Assembly: GCA_047967505.1 (NCBI GenBank)
Contig: CM106538.1
Direction: 5' to 3' (one strand)
From: Dipteris shenzhenensis
Taxonomy: Eukaryota
DNA length: 64,000 nucleotides
In this document: piece after piece, positions 1-12,032 of the stretch
How the letters are laid out: every line of letters begins with the position of its first letter
Numbering within the stretch: position 1 is the first letter of the stretch
Notes under the pieces: model-generated
The model's input: only the letters and a program-made list of their open reading frames with translations
Database searches by the model: none
What the model was told of the DNA's origin: nothing
Program-made: the position numbers and the translations under genes

Positions 1-834
1 TAACATATACCCTAAATGCGCACGTTTCCACACATCCACACATGAGGTGTACACATTGCCTGGTCGTTAACATACCAAGGAGAAAGTACGTAAGCAATCC
101 CTTCACATGGCATATCACCAACAGAAATGTCACAGGTAGTCCATTTTGTTTTGTGATTATTAGCAGCAGTGATTTTATTTCACATACGAAAACTAGATGC
201 GACAATATGCCCAGGATGGCTGCTATCCATTGACCATTTTCCATATTCATTTATTGTCCCCATATATTTGTTTCCCATTGAATAGAATATGCGGCTATTG
301 ATGATGCCTCAGCTTGGTATGCATTGCAGTACCTCAATCCTGAGGCACAAACTTTTGTCCAATCTTCTTGTTGAATACAGCTTTCTAGCATTAATGCCAT
401 TGTATTCAAGGGGCCTGCATACTACAGCTGTACAACCAAACACAATTACCCTCAACTTTATTCTTTTACACTTGATATCATACGGCCCGAGAAGGCTGCC
501 ACATCTCAGCTTACAAAGACAACTGTAAAAACCCAGACGATCACGTAGACAAGTATTGCCTTTAGAGAAGGCACATCAAGCATGTAGCCAAACCTTTCAT
601 GGTGTGAAGTCTACTGATAACAGCATGGACAGCCAGAATACTTCTTTTCCCTCATGGCAATAAGAACCAGCAGCTGCTAGCTTTCTGCAAAGAGGGAAGA
701 CAGCCATGACCACCTTCAACAAATCATAACTGGCATCATGAATGGAAGCTTCTGGTAAAGAATGTCACGTACCTACGCAAATTTTCTCCAAGCCTATCAT
801 CAACAGGGGGCACGTAAAACTTGGTATCCCAACT

Positions 835-915
835 TCAGCTAGAATCAGGTGGAACTGGTGATGATCTCAGAAGCCTTTCAACCTCATCATTAACCTCAGC
901 TTGCAGTCTCCATTG
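835..915 (-). CDS. Exon 12, terminal (QWRLQAEVNDEVERLLRSSPVPPDSS*)
   Basis: AAACAG| acceptor; TGA at 837-835; W.LQAE.NDE.ERLL C-terminal family motif. Confidence 0.88.
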   Translation of the reverse strand, partial: QWRLQAEVNDEVERLLRSSPVPPDSS

Positions 916-1751
916 CTGTTTCAAGTACACAGTGCAAAGGCATAAAACCAGAATCACACAAGCCAAAAATATTACATTCAGACAATAAAAGAGTGCCTTA
1001 CACAATAGCCACAGTCAAGTCAATTCGAATCCAAGCCATTGAGACCCTTGCAAATCCTGTCTCTTTCAGAAATGATTGTGAAAAAGCTCAAAAAATATGA
1101 ATAACATACAAAACTGTTTTTCTTTTAGTGACAAAAGAAATTGCACGGAATGCCAACGGATATTGCGGTGAACGTGGTGCATGAGCTCATCTCCTGAATC
1201 AATTCTATGAGAGTTAAATGAACCTGGCTAATCAAGTAAACTTCACTTTAGTGGAGATACTACCTACCTTTAGTTAACTTTTCCATTTTTGAACATGTAT
1301 ACGAAGCATAGTAAGAGTTACTGTAGATCATGGTGTTCAACTCCAACAGAATATAACCCCTACCTTAAGGAAACAAGTTAGGCTTGTGCCCTGACATGAT
1401 CCCCGTCTGTCTGTGCAATCACGTCATCCCAGCGCTTCCAACACAATGCATGTGCTGGCTGGTCACGATCTTTTTTATTCTATTTCCTAAGGTTGTCCCT
1501 CCTTCAGCGATATTGTTTCTCAGTGATTGCAGGTCTGGAGCATCAATTATCAACCGAATATGCTCCAATCTTATAATTCGCACATTCTAATTGAGTGGAT
1601 AGCGTTTTTCTATGTCAGGCTAATAGGAGATAGAGCATATCTCAGGAGTCACCAACCGCGTGCTTCTCCTTGCACCCTTCAGGCATGCATTCAATGCTGG
1701 ATCATCACCCTCCTTTGAGGAGAAGATGAATGAACTTTGTTCTGACACCAC

Positions 1752-3106
1752 TGTCACACGAAGCACAAGATAACCCTCCAAAAACTCGCACTTTATACGT
1801 AGAGAAACTCACTTGAAAGAGCCGGAAATCGATCTCAAGAACTGAAATTGAAAAACACAGCAAAGCTTACCTCAAAGAGCTCTTGCAGGAGAAGAGCGTG
1901 CGCCACACTAGGGGCCATAAATAAGGGCTGGACCCCAATAGGATTTTGTTACTGACAGAGAAGACGGATTACAAGAGTTGGTTCGCGAACGAATTGATCC
2001 ACTCCAAATAAAGCAATGAGCATGAGGGCTCCTCCATAATCCATTAATAGGCTTCGTGGCCTGCTTTTTATTTCACAAAATCAAGCCTTCTGTGCAAAGA
2101 CTTATTGATAATAGTGGTATTTTGCTAAAACTAGAGGCTCCTCAAAAAGTTGGGCGCTCAACTTAAAGTAGCCACGTTTCAGATGCTAAACTTTTCAAAA
2201 ACTTACCTTTTCTCGTAAAATGTGGGGAACTTTCATATAATTTTTTATTCTTGGAGCCTCTCGAGTACCGGTCCGTGATATCCCCTCTCGTCTGAACAGT
2301 TGTCCTCGATTGAATAGGGCCTTGTTATGTTCCGATCAAATCCTTTCCTTTGCTATGCCCTTTTATTCTTGCAAAATTTCTTTTCCAGGTGCTCTCAGAC
2401 TGGTCTTCTTGTATACTCTTGTATGTCTTGTGCTATGCCTTGAGAAGTTCCCACTCCTAGGTTCATCCTTGCCTAGGATGTGGTTTGGCTTTGGAAAGAA
2501 CTTCCTGTGTCCTTCGAAAGTCAAAGAGTAAACCTGTAGCAGTCGATAAATAACTTTTAACTGGATAGAAACAGGATCTTTTACTTAGACTTCTCCTGTT
2601 GACTTTTGATCAATCGCTTAAGTCTTTGTTTATCTTGTTCTAACCAAAACTTTGACTTTCACTTCACTCGTTGACTTTGGTCAAGGTCTTAAGTCTGCAA
2701 GTCACTCTGGCACTAGGCCGTGACTCACTCTCGGAATGTCATGCGGTGATGGCACTGGCCAGAATGTGATTGGATCAAGGAGATTTGAAGGCTTACACTT
2801 CAAATATGGCTACGGCAGAAGGGAAGCCCTATTTGCACAGACAGGTTCTTTATCACCTCTAGGCTATTGCATTTGATATGGCTCAGATTGTGGTTCCTGG
2901 CTACATAAATATCTAGAACTAGGTAGACTAATGTCCAGATCAATTTATTATGACAGAGTTTTAGCTGAGTAGTTAATATTGGCCTCGGTCTGGGCGTACA
3001 AATCTTTCTCAAGCCCCTCTATATGAGTGGTAAATGAACAAAGGTACCCAATGCTCATGCCTTCAAGTCTCTAAATTATGCCTCAGGTGCTTGAACAATA
3101 CCGACA
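1752..3106 (-). mobile_element. LTR (~1.35 kb) in intron 11, with a PPT-like tract on one side and a PBS-like site on the other
   Basis: Termini TGTC...GACA. On the minus strand TGGGGGAAACTGAG (3120-3107) precedes it and TGGTGTCAGAA (1750-1740, iMet-PBS-like) follows it. Confidence 0.55.
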
Positions 3107-3730
3107 CTCAGTTTCCCCCACTCATTCACACTCAGACTGGAGCTTGTGCTACTTCAGCCTCTGACTGGAGCTGCCTGTTTGCAAAAGGAAAGAATAAGAT
3201 AACTGTTGATATTGAAGGAGCACGCTAAGAGAAATGCCCTCCACTAGTCGTGCTTGTCAAGGTAAACAACCACTAACCAACTCTGCAATCTATGACCTTT
3301 ATCTATCTATTGATGTGCAAACGACTCAATAGGAGTAATGGTCCCATTTTAATTTCTTTGAACGGCTAATTTCAACACAGAAAATAAAAGAGAAAGGGTA
3401 AAATGTAGCATGGGAACATGTACACATGGAAAAACCTGCATAGGACAGAAGGCTTAAGAGTCTCTAATGGTCACTGTCTTTCATCGGTATACAAGGGTCC
3501 TTGAAAGTTGAAAACAAAGGTAGGACCAGACAGTCTGTCATCAAGAGCTGGATACATGCCTATGTTTATTGCTCAATGCTATCATCTGGCAAGACCATGC
3601 TCAAACCACAGTTTTCAAGTCCCTAAAACCTTAGCTTCTCCTCTCAAGGACAAAGACGCAAAATATGCAGTCACTTGAAATGAATGCACCACACCTTCTG
3701 TGAAGCCACTATAAGTTTAAGGAAGCACAC

Positions 3731-3784
3731 CTTCTGTAAATTTTCAATTTCCATCAACTGCTCAATTTGTTCTGCTATACTAGT
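3731..3784 (-). CDS. Exon 11 (TSIAEQIEQLMEIENLQK)
   Basis: TTGCAG| and AAG|GTGTG. Confidence 0.88.
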
Positions 3785-3887
3785 CTGCAAAATGATACAC
3801 ATAAAAAGGCCATGAATGTATCCACCGGAAGTAGAAGATAATAAAGCCGTCATAAACAATGAACCCAGAAAATTGTCCTGCACTTAC

Positions 3888-3959
3888 CACAGCACCTCCG
3901 GATTCTGCAGCTAAGACATCTGCATCCATCTCAACTTCAATCTCGATCATAGAAGCTAC
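3888..3959 (-). CDS. Exon 10 (VASMIEIEVEMDADVLAAESGGAV)
   Basis: CACAG| and GTG|GTAAGT. Confidence 0.9.
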
Positions 3960-4053
3960 CTGTGATACCACAGAACGAAAGGTACGAAGCTGAAAACTGA
4001 ACACTATTGGAGACATAGTTACAGTTAGAATCCTCACAAAAGACAGACTTCAC

Positions 4054-4141
4054 CTTTGCAAAGCTGTCTATTAGTTCCAGCCTGGCTGTTAATCGCTCAT
4101 CCAGTCCTGCTCGAGCTTTTCGCACTCTCTCCATTCGGGCA
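4054..4141 (-). CDS. Exon 9 (SARMERVRKARAGLDERLTARLELIDSFAK)
   Basis: TTTGATAG| and AAG|GTG. Confidence 0.85.
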
Positions 4142-4243
4142 CTATCAAATCCCCGACAAGCAAGGCCAGTCCAGAGTGAGCAACCCAGATCATTCTCTTT
4201 TCTCCCCCCAATACAATAGATATCTGAAACTGTTATATCCAAC

Positions 4244-4311
4244 CTGTAAGTTGGCTCCCTGACAGCCTCCATCTTGTTCTGCAACTGGCACATCCGAGCC
4301 AGCATACGCAC
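4244..4311 (-). CDS. Exon 8 (VRMLARMCQLQNKMEAVREPTY)
   Basis: CTTAG| and CAG|GTT. Confidence 0.88.
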
Positions 4312-4574
4312 CTAAGTACCATCCAGGCATGAAACATTCTCTCAATAATGTAGCATATAAGAGGTGCAACCATACTTAACACGAAATCACATTGTTTTAC
4401 AAATATGACACTTTTTTGCCCATCTTTGTCAGTCCAAATATGCTTTCAACTGGGAACCTTTGGGTTCACTGACTTAAATTTTAATAGAAAGCCTTTGATT
4501 GGAAGATAAAGGTAAAGTCTCCTCTTGAAAAAAATTATACATTGATCAATGTGGAAAAAGGAGCAGAGAAAGAC

Positions 4575-4682
4575 CTCTTCTGCAGCACCCTGAGTCAGAT
4601 CGTTAAGACGTGCCTGCAAAAGCTCATATTGTTCAAGCAGCTCCTGTCTTAAAGCCATTGCATCAGCAGTCCTTTGAGGAAG
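4575..4682 (-). CDS. Exon 7 (LPQRTADAMALRQELLEQYELLQARLNDLTQGAAEE)
   Basis: TTTTGCAG| and GAG|GTCT; coiled-coil-like sequence. Confidence 0.9.
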
Positions 4683-4935
4683 CTGCAAAAAAGGATGCAG
4701 TACATTAGCAGGAAAATCCCCAATGAATAAATAGCATATACACATACATCATTTCAATAGAGGTAAGTAGTCAAAAGAAATAACAAGATCAGCACACTTC
4801 AGTCAATTTATTATCAGCACTTCCACATATTTCATTAGAGGATGGAAGCTAAAATTGCAACAAATGATTTTCAACCACTGTGCCACTCTAACCCTCCATC
4901 TTAAAGAGCAAGCAGGTGCAAAAAAAAATCCATAC

Positions 4936-5355
4936 CTGATTCAAACGAGGTAGAATGAAAGCATTTGCCGCAGTTCCAAATACAGCTGCAGCCGCCACTC
5001 CAACAGCAATAGTTCTTGGAAGAGTTGGATCAATAAAAGATGTGGCAGCATCACTGCCTGCTAGCAGAAATGCTGTAGGAATAATAACTGAAGCGTCCAG
5101 CGCGGCTCCACTGCCAGACTTTGGAGGAGCACGCAGTAAAGGAGTAATGCGTCCTGTAGCATGGTTTGTCATGGACATCGGTTCACTTGGACGCCATCCT
5201 GGAGCTCTGGCACTAACCTTGAAGGGACCAAATCCCCTAGAGGAGTTTACTGGTGCTGCAGATGCTACTGTTACTCGTTCCCCTTCTTGTGCTGGGATAT
5301 CCACTGACCCAGTGGCAAACCGGTGAGTTCGAGCAAGCCCATCTGGAGCCATAAC
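4936..5355 (-). CDS. Exon 6 (VMAPDGLARTHRFATG...FILPRLNQ), includes hydrophobic segments
   Basis: Inside ORF 4888..5403; CACCAG| and CAG|GTATG. Confidence 0.9.
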
Positions 5356-6186
5356 CTGGTGATGGCCAATAATTGAAGATAATAACAAGTCCTTCAGGCA
5401 CAAGTATATGCAGCCACTAAATATGAAAAAACTATAATAAATGTGTTAATGCTCAGAAAGATCATTACACAAGCATCTGCAGGTTGACAACAGAGATTAA
5501 TTCCATGCAGGAGACACAACTATACAACTGCAGTGGTCTTCTAAGCACAACGGACAATGTTACAAAGTTCTAAATGTTGGTAAGAAAATATTGGGTCCGC
5601 TTGATAGGTTCAAAGCATTAGCTCCATGAACTCCAGTGTTTGAGACGCTAAATTTGAAAATAAACATGGGTTCATTGATATATGTCTTAGCATAGACAGA
5701 GAAGTGGGCTACCTTCAGTCCAGCAGTCATTTCACAGGGGGGTCGCTATCACTTCTGTAGGAAAATCTCATACTCAAATAAAACAAAGGCTAGTAGTGGA
5801 GAACATAGCTACTCAAATCTGCTTATTGCAATCCCTTCAACCATCAGAATTGTAGAGAGCTATATTTTCATCAATTCAACATGCTCACCAAATAGACTGC
5901 GAGCAAAGCTCCAAAGAAGGAAACAGTCAACAAAAAGCAACACTACAAAAGATAAGAGCTAGCATAATAAGCTGCTGCAACTTGCATTAAGCCTCAAAAG
6001 ATGCTACCATGTTCACATTCCTATACGTGCCATCAAAACTCACTTGGCGTACATCAGACAAATTCTCCACTAAAGCTATCAACAATGTGAGGTCACAAAA
6101 AGCTTTACAATAGTTATCATGCATATCAGCTATAAAGTTATTATGCAGCAAAAGTGATGTAAAGTCTGCAATGCAATGGAATTTAC

Positions 6187-6271
6187 CACAAAAGAGTGCA
6201 CTGCAGCAGGAAAAGGCTGCTTCTTCAGCTGCAGCACTCTCAAACCCCTTTCAATAGCTGAAATGTTCATA
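6187..6271 (-). CDS. Exon 5 (SMNISAIERGLRVLQLKKQPFPAAVHSFV)
   Basis: TTTGCAG| and GTG|GTAAAT; phases 2 and 0 fit the neighbouring exons; PAAVHS motif. Confidence 0.88.
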
Positions 6272-7399
6272 CTGCAAATAACACCACATCAGGTAAGATG
6301 CAAGAACGGGTTCCTTCCACTGTCCACTAAATTATTTTTAAGGTCTGCAAATTTTCAAACTGTTGTTTTTCTCCATGTGAAGGGCATACGCACAGGTGAC
6401 TAGCAAAATTCAGACACAGCTCAAGGTCATAGAACCAGAGAGAGCAGAAACTTGTTTCATAACCATAGTTCATTGAGCAGAACTGGAGAAAGTAAATCTA
6501 GCTGCGTTAAGTCCAAAAAAAGGGTCATACAATAACATGTGGGCTAGCAGACATGTTTACTTTGAATAAAGGCTATTCAGTAAAACCTGGAACGAAAAGA
6601 AACGAATTTGGGTTATCAAAATCAGTAAAATGAAAAGTTTGACATCCAACCATATTCCAAATAATTGGAATAAGCTAGATGCAGTGTTTACGCTTGCAAG
6701 ATTAGTGCATACACATCGTGACTGATCAAGAGTTCAAAACAAGAACATGTAGCATGCAGCAAATAAAATGCAGAGAATATATTATAACCCTGATTTCAAA
6801 ATAAAACCCTGGCTCCATCCAAAGATGCTGTAGGGACAAATATCCCTCAGCAAGCCATACAGCCAAGTTACTGTTAAAATACTTTCTTCAAAGAATTCTT
6901 TGCACACATCTCTCACGTAGAGGATCCCAGAAAGAAACATTAATAAAAGTTCATGACATAAGAATACTAGAATTTTTTCATTACTGGTCTCACAAAAGTC
7001 ATGAAGCTTTACCTCTTTTCCTCTGATTGGAAGTTCACCTAGTTAGTCAGTCAATAAGATATCAGGATTTAATACAAGCAACCAAGCATCAACTTCTGGC
7101 CAGCTTGGGAGCCGACCAAAACAGCTTCCTTGCCATTTTGTAGGTCTCTTGCCATTCCTGTCCAATACATGGAGTCCAGCACGTGTCCCTCAGACTAGGA
7201 ACAAATCTCGACCATGCAACGGGCCTGGTACATGGCTGATATTTGGATCAATCTGCTATACTTAATGATAACATGATTATAAAAAAATGCTTATCTGGAT
7301 CAATCTCCTATACTGAATGGTAACACGACTATAACAAAATGATGCTGAGCCTTGATGTGCTTTGTGTGACCATGGAACATAGGAGTCTTTGCCATGATT

Positions 7400-8000
7400 G
7401 TCACAAATGCAGATGGTGGAATCCTGCTAACAATAATACGTGTCAAACTGCCTCACATGTCAAAACTGCAAGCAGCTTGCTACTTTGACTCCATCGATGA
7501 AAGTGCTACTTTTGGTTGCTTCTTGCTGGGCCATGATATGAAATTCTCTAGCACTTGCCACAAGTAAGGCTCACTAAGGCTGCATCATAATGGCTTTTGA
7601 GTGTGGCTCCTATCCCATATAGGTGGAGTCCTCTGTGCCTCTAAAGTAAATCAGCACCCCAATACTGACTTCTAGTGATTCTCCCTTGGCTGACTAAAGA
7701 AATGGCAAGATCTTTGTCAAGACAATCCAATGCATCTAGCCCATCCACTCAATTCCTGCCCTATATTAACATTTGTTCTTGGTTGCCTCCATTGCTTGCA
7801 ATTGAGTTCATGCATGTCCCTACAACGGAGCAGTTTCAACCTAAGCCCCAATTCTTCAATGAATCTCTTCTATATTCTTCATCTTTTAGGAATAGAACCA
7901 CATCATCCTATGTGTAGAGATCTCGCTCTGCAAACTCCACATATATATATTATATGGCATGCAACTATTCTCTTGGATGATGCAAGAGAGCATCATGACT
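7400..8000 (-). mobile_element. Degenerate Ty1/Copia RT-RNase H remnant
   Basis: Minus strand near 7480-7550 reads FISWPSKKQPKVALSSMESK, similar to Copia ISWxSKKQxxVALSSxEAE. Boundaries approximate. Confidence 0.5.
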
Positions 8001-9211
8001 TGTAGAAGTTTGAAGTCTTGCAATCTTGCTCACTCGTCCTCTCTAAGTTCTATTGTCCAAAAGCCTCCTATATATAGAGCTGTTGTCAGAATAAGGAGTC
8101 AAAAACAAGGGACTTTGTATTTTCACACTGGAAGTTTGCCTAGAAGCACTGTCATTCCACCCTCGCTAGTGATGCATGTCCTCTAGTAGCATGCCTACGT
8201 TACAGGTTTCATGATGAACTTGCGGCCTATGAAAATGAATTCCAAGCAAACATATGTCCTGACTATTTCAACCAACTAACCTGCAAAGTGGAATGACTCG
8301 CGCTACTGTTGAGCCTTATTTAATATAGAGCCCAAAAAGGAAAATGGAAGGGGGGAATCCATGTTTCACTCCAATAGTGCTGCTCACCACCTCAGATGGT
8401 CCATGTGTGGTGTGTGGACTTTGCTGCCTCCTCATAGAAGGCGATGACTACCCACATGATGTCATGTGCAAGACCTAGTGCTGAAGTCATGAGATGAGGA
8501 GGGCTCATGGTACTACGTTGAAGATCTTCTTGAAATCCAGAAAGCAATGGCATACTCTCCATTTCCGATGTCTCGCCTTCTATATGGGAGTTTTGAGGGT
8601 GAAAATGTGTCATCATAGAGCCATCTCATCTGAAACCTTCCTAGCACATCACTACCATATTCACTCACTCAATTTACTCACTAATAAATGCATATCAAGT
8701 GTTTACATGTATGTCTTGGTCATCAAATCGCCAACCATGTTGTCACGCAAATTAGCAATAGTCTGTATTCATAAGATCCCCTGCCATATAGATCATTTGT
8801 GCTCCACGAAGTAAGAAAGCCATTACAAAAAGCTTCATTGAAGAGCTTGCTAGGGTTGGAGTAGTTTCGCCCAACCACGCCTCAAGATTCTGCTTACAAG
8901 CCTTCGTTATCCTTGGCGTTGCCATCTACAATTTCTTAATAGCTTCTTTCAAGCCCAGAGTTCCAGCCTCATATCTTTGGAATTATTACCATAAACTGTT
9001 CATGACACACAAGAAGCTATTGTTTCTTGTGTCTCATAAGTAGTGGTTTGTTCCCTAAATGCCACTATTGCCTAAGCTCTTTGGACTTGTCATCGTGCCA
9101 ACCATTTTTAGGGACAAACCCTTAGAGTGGCTTCCCCATGGACTTGTTTGTGTAGAGGGAGAAGTGTGATACGGCAATGGGATTGATTGGTGAGGAGCTG
9201 AGCTTTAACAT

Positions 9212-10056
9212 CTATGGTCGGTTGTCTATGTTCTCCATGAGTAAAGAGAGAGAACTCAGCTGTCCTAGGTCCATCATGCCAAATTTCCTTGCCAATTGCT
9301 TCTTTATGGCTGTAATTCTTGCATTATAGTTTCTTGTGATGATCAAGTCATCAACATGTATGATTATGATCCGTACAGCATCAAAAGCTGGCGTTAGCAA
9401 GTCCGTACACCTCCATACTGCATTAAATGTTCCGTACAGGTCCGTACAAGTATGCAGATGCATTAAATGCACCCTATGGATGCCCGTATAGGCCGTACAG
9501 CTATGCGAAATTTCTTACAACAGGCGGCTACCCCACGCGTCAACCCGTACAGCAATCAATGCTGGTAAAATGCACCGATTTCTGAAAAAGGGGCTCCAAA
9601 ACGTTGATTTTCTATGCCAAATGGAAATGCTCGAAACAGCACTGAACCGCTTCAGCTCGCTGCAAATGCCTTAAGAATGAACCAACCAGCAAGAATGAGA
9701 GCTCCAGGGGCAGCCAAACAGCTTGGAAAAGCTGTCAATGGTTGAGGGAATGGATTCCTAACCTACTCTAATACCACTGTAGGCTAGGGCAAGCAATGGA
9801 AGCTCAAAAATGAGGGAGAGAAGAAAAAAAACGAGATGCTATAATGAAGTGCTGCAAAAACTGAGTGGAGGCTCAAAAGAGAGCCAACATAACAAAACCC
9901 CTAGGGCTAAGTGCCCTAACTAGACTAAGTGTCCTAACTATCCTAAGTGGTACATGTACTAATCGTACCAATTGACCTGATTGACTGTAACTAGGCCTAC
10001 AAGGCACATACCAAGGAATAAGTGGCACCTATGGATATCCCATAGAATGGCCTATA
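9212..10056 (-). mobile_element. Internally deleted Copia remnant: 5' LTR 9778..10056, PBS 9765..9776, CCGTAC-rich leader, RT fragment
   Basis: PBS TGGTATTAGAGT. The LTR shares TAGGACACTTAG and a T(G/A)TAGGCCAT terminus with the 31341 LTR. ORF 9212..9472 reads IIIHVDDLIIT...KFGMMDLGQL. Confidence 0.65.
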
Positions 10057-11653
10057 ACCCTGTGGTCAACAAGCCTTAAGTATGGACATTGCATGCAATT
10101 CAAATACTTTATTTACAACCCTCATCATCCATCCTCCTCCTCAAGCTTGTCGTCCACCTTCATCCTCGAGCTTGTCCTCCTCAAGCTCATCTTCCATTCT
10201 TCTCCTTGGGATCGGCTTCCTCAATCTCATGCTCCATTCTCATCCTCACACTCCACCCTCGTCTTCCAAGCTCCAAAGTCCAGTCCTGCTCCCTCTAGGA
10301 TTTATAGATAATAAGTTCCCAAAGTAGTAGAAGAAAAAAGGATGACAGGAATAGGAATCCCTGTGCTCATGATTTTCAAGAGGAAGAGAATAGCTCAAGA
10401 GTGAAAGAGAGAGTGCAGAACATTGTGAGGTTCCTGATGGGGAGCTTCCAGGTCTGCAGGTGGTAGGGGGTCTTGATGTAGAAATCGAGATCGTCCAAAT
10501 TTTGCTATGATACAAAGGTAACAAAATGAAGACACTATGCTTCCTGTTTTGTGCTGACCCATAGGCCAGTTGAACACAACAAAAAACATTGAGAAATCAG
10601 GGAGAGAAAGAAAGCATGCAAATACAGTTTAGAGTTGCCATAGTATCACTTTCTTCTCTGATGATTACAATCTCACAAGTTGCACCATAAAACTTTCCTT
10701 GTATGTACAAACATGTAGGTTGCCTAATTCCCAGCCCCCCAATATGCTAATCTTAGCGAATAGGCACTTTGGCAAAATAAAAAGTTGCACATCTCCCTTT
10801 TCTCTAGTTGACTATGCATGCGAGTGTCCACTACAAATTTGCTAAGATGGTGTAGCCTGATGAGTGTTAAATCTGCAAGCAGAGGGTGAAACCCTAGGGT
10901 TGCCCACAGCTGCAACAATAGTCCTATGGGGATGACATTGGCTTCAAGACATGGATAGATACCAAAGGAGTACATATAGAGTCATTAATGAATGTGTACT
11001 ATTAGTGAAACACTGGTGAATGTATACCATTTGTGAAACACTATACACCATTGGTGAAATATCCTCATCTAACCTGGCCAATTTGATGTAAAATGGTAGA
11101 TGCTTTCACATTTTGGAAGAAGATTAAGGAGAGAGAAACATGCCATACAAATCAATTTACCCATAATCTAGGAGGCAGTTGGAAGAGATCCGTGGGATTT
11201 TCTTTTGGCGTAGAGTGCAATATCATGTCTTCTCTCATACTCGAGACCTGACTTTCTGTTAAAAATAGGAAACTGTTTTGTATAGCATTACTATGACACA
11301 CCTAGCTAGCCACCATCTAGGATTGCTGTGCTTTTTTCCAGTCGTGAAAACATCAACGGTGCAAATGGATTACACTAGTCCTATTATTAAATTCCACTTT
11401 GTTTTTTAATGTGCATGCAGAGGCATGGGCGTTTCTACACCCATACCATTCTTTCAGCACAATATAAGCACTCTTTGAAACAACCTTTTTGACAGCAACA
11501 ATAGAGAAACAAACTGCTATGTAAAAGTGACCGAATGTATACAGTAAGTCTCGAGCCTAAATACAATGTAGAAGCTTCACAAAAGAGTTTGCAAGACATG
11601 CATCCAATAAACTTGAAAAACTTATAAAAAAAGAGCAAGTTGACAGGATTAAC

Positions 11654-11733
11654 CTTATGGACTCAGATTCACAGCTCACAACATCTCCAGAGATGAGCTC
11701 ATATTGATATCGACACTTAGAGCATGGCACCAG
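11654..11733 (-). CDS. Exon 4 (LVPCSKCRYQYELISGDVVSCESESI)
   Basis: TTGCAG| and AAG|GTTAAT; carries the second CxxC; inside ORF 11557..11790. Confidence 0.88.
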
Positions 11734-12032
11734 CTGCAATGCTGCAGGAATTAGTGAGCCCATACATATGAACCCAATGAAAAGCAACACTACAAAACAT
11801 TTTGCTATAATGTGCCAGCCATATTATCTTAAACTTGTTGGGAAACGAACTTAAGATTGATCATTTGATAAAACAGGACTTGCAAGCAGTCAAACATGTA
11901 GTAGTAGCCATGGAAATAAATGGGATGTCTTCAATCATGAAGACATTTAGCATGAAAACAGGAAAATAAAAGGCTGGAATTTTGGAGGATAAATGCTATA
12001 GGTCTTCATGACAACATGGCAGGAATTAATCA

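Noticed and set aside
7240-7345. ~52-bp imperfect tandem duplication (and a 24-bp one at 31260-31308)
   Set aside because: Two-copy local slippage duplications in intron DNA with no further structure.
10082-10327. Ser/Pro-rich ORFs in three frames
   Set aside because: Low-complexity TCC/TCA-rich tract; not needed for the gene model and no splice support.
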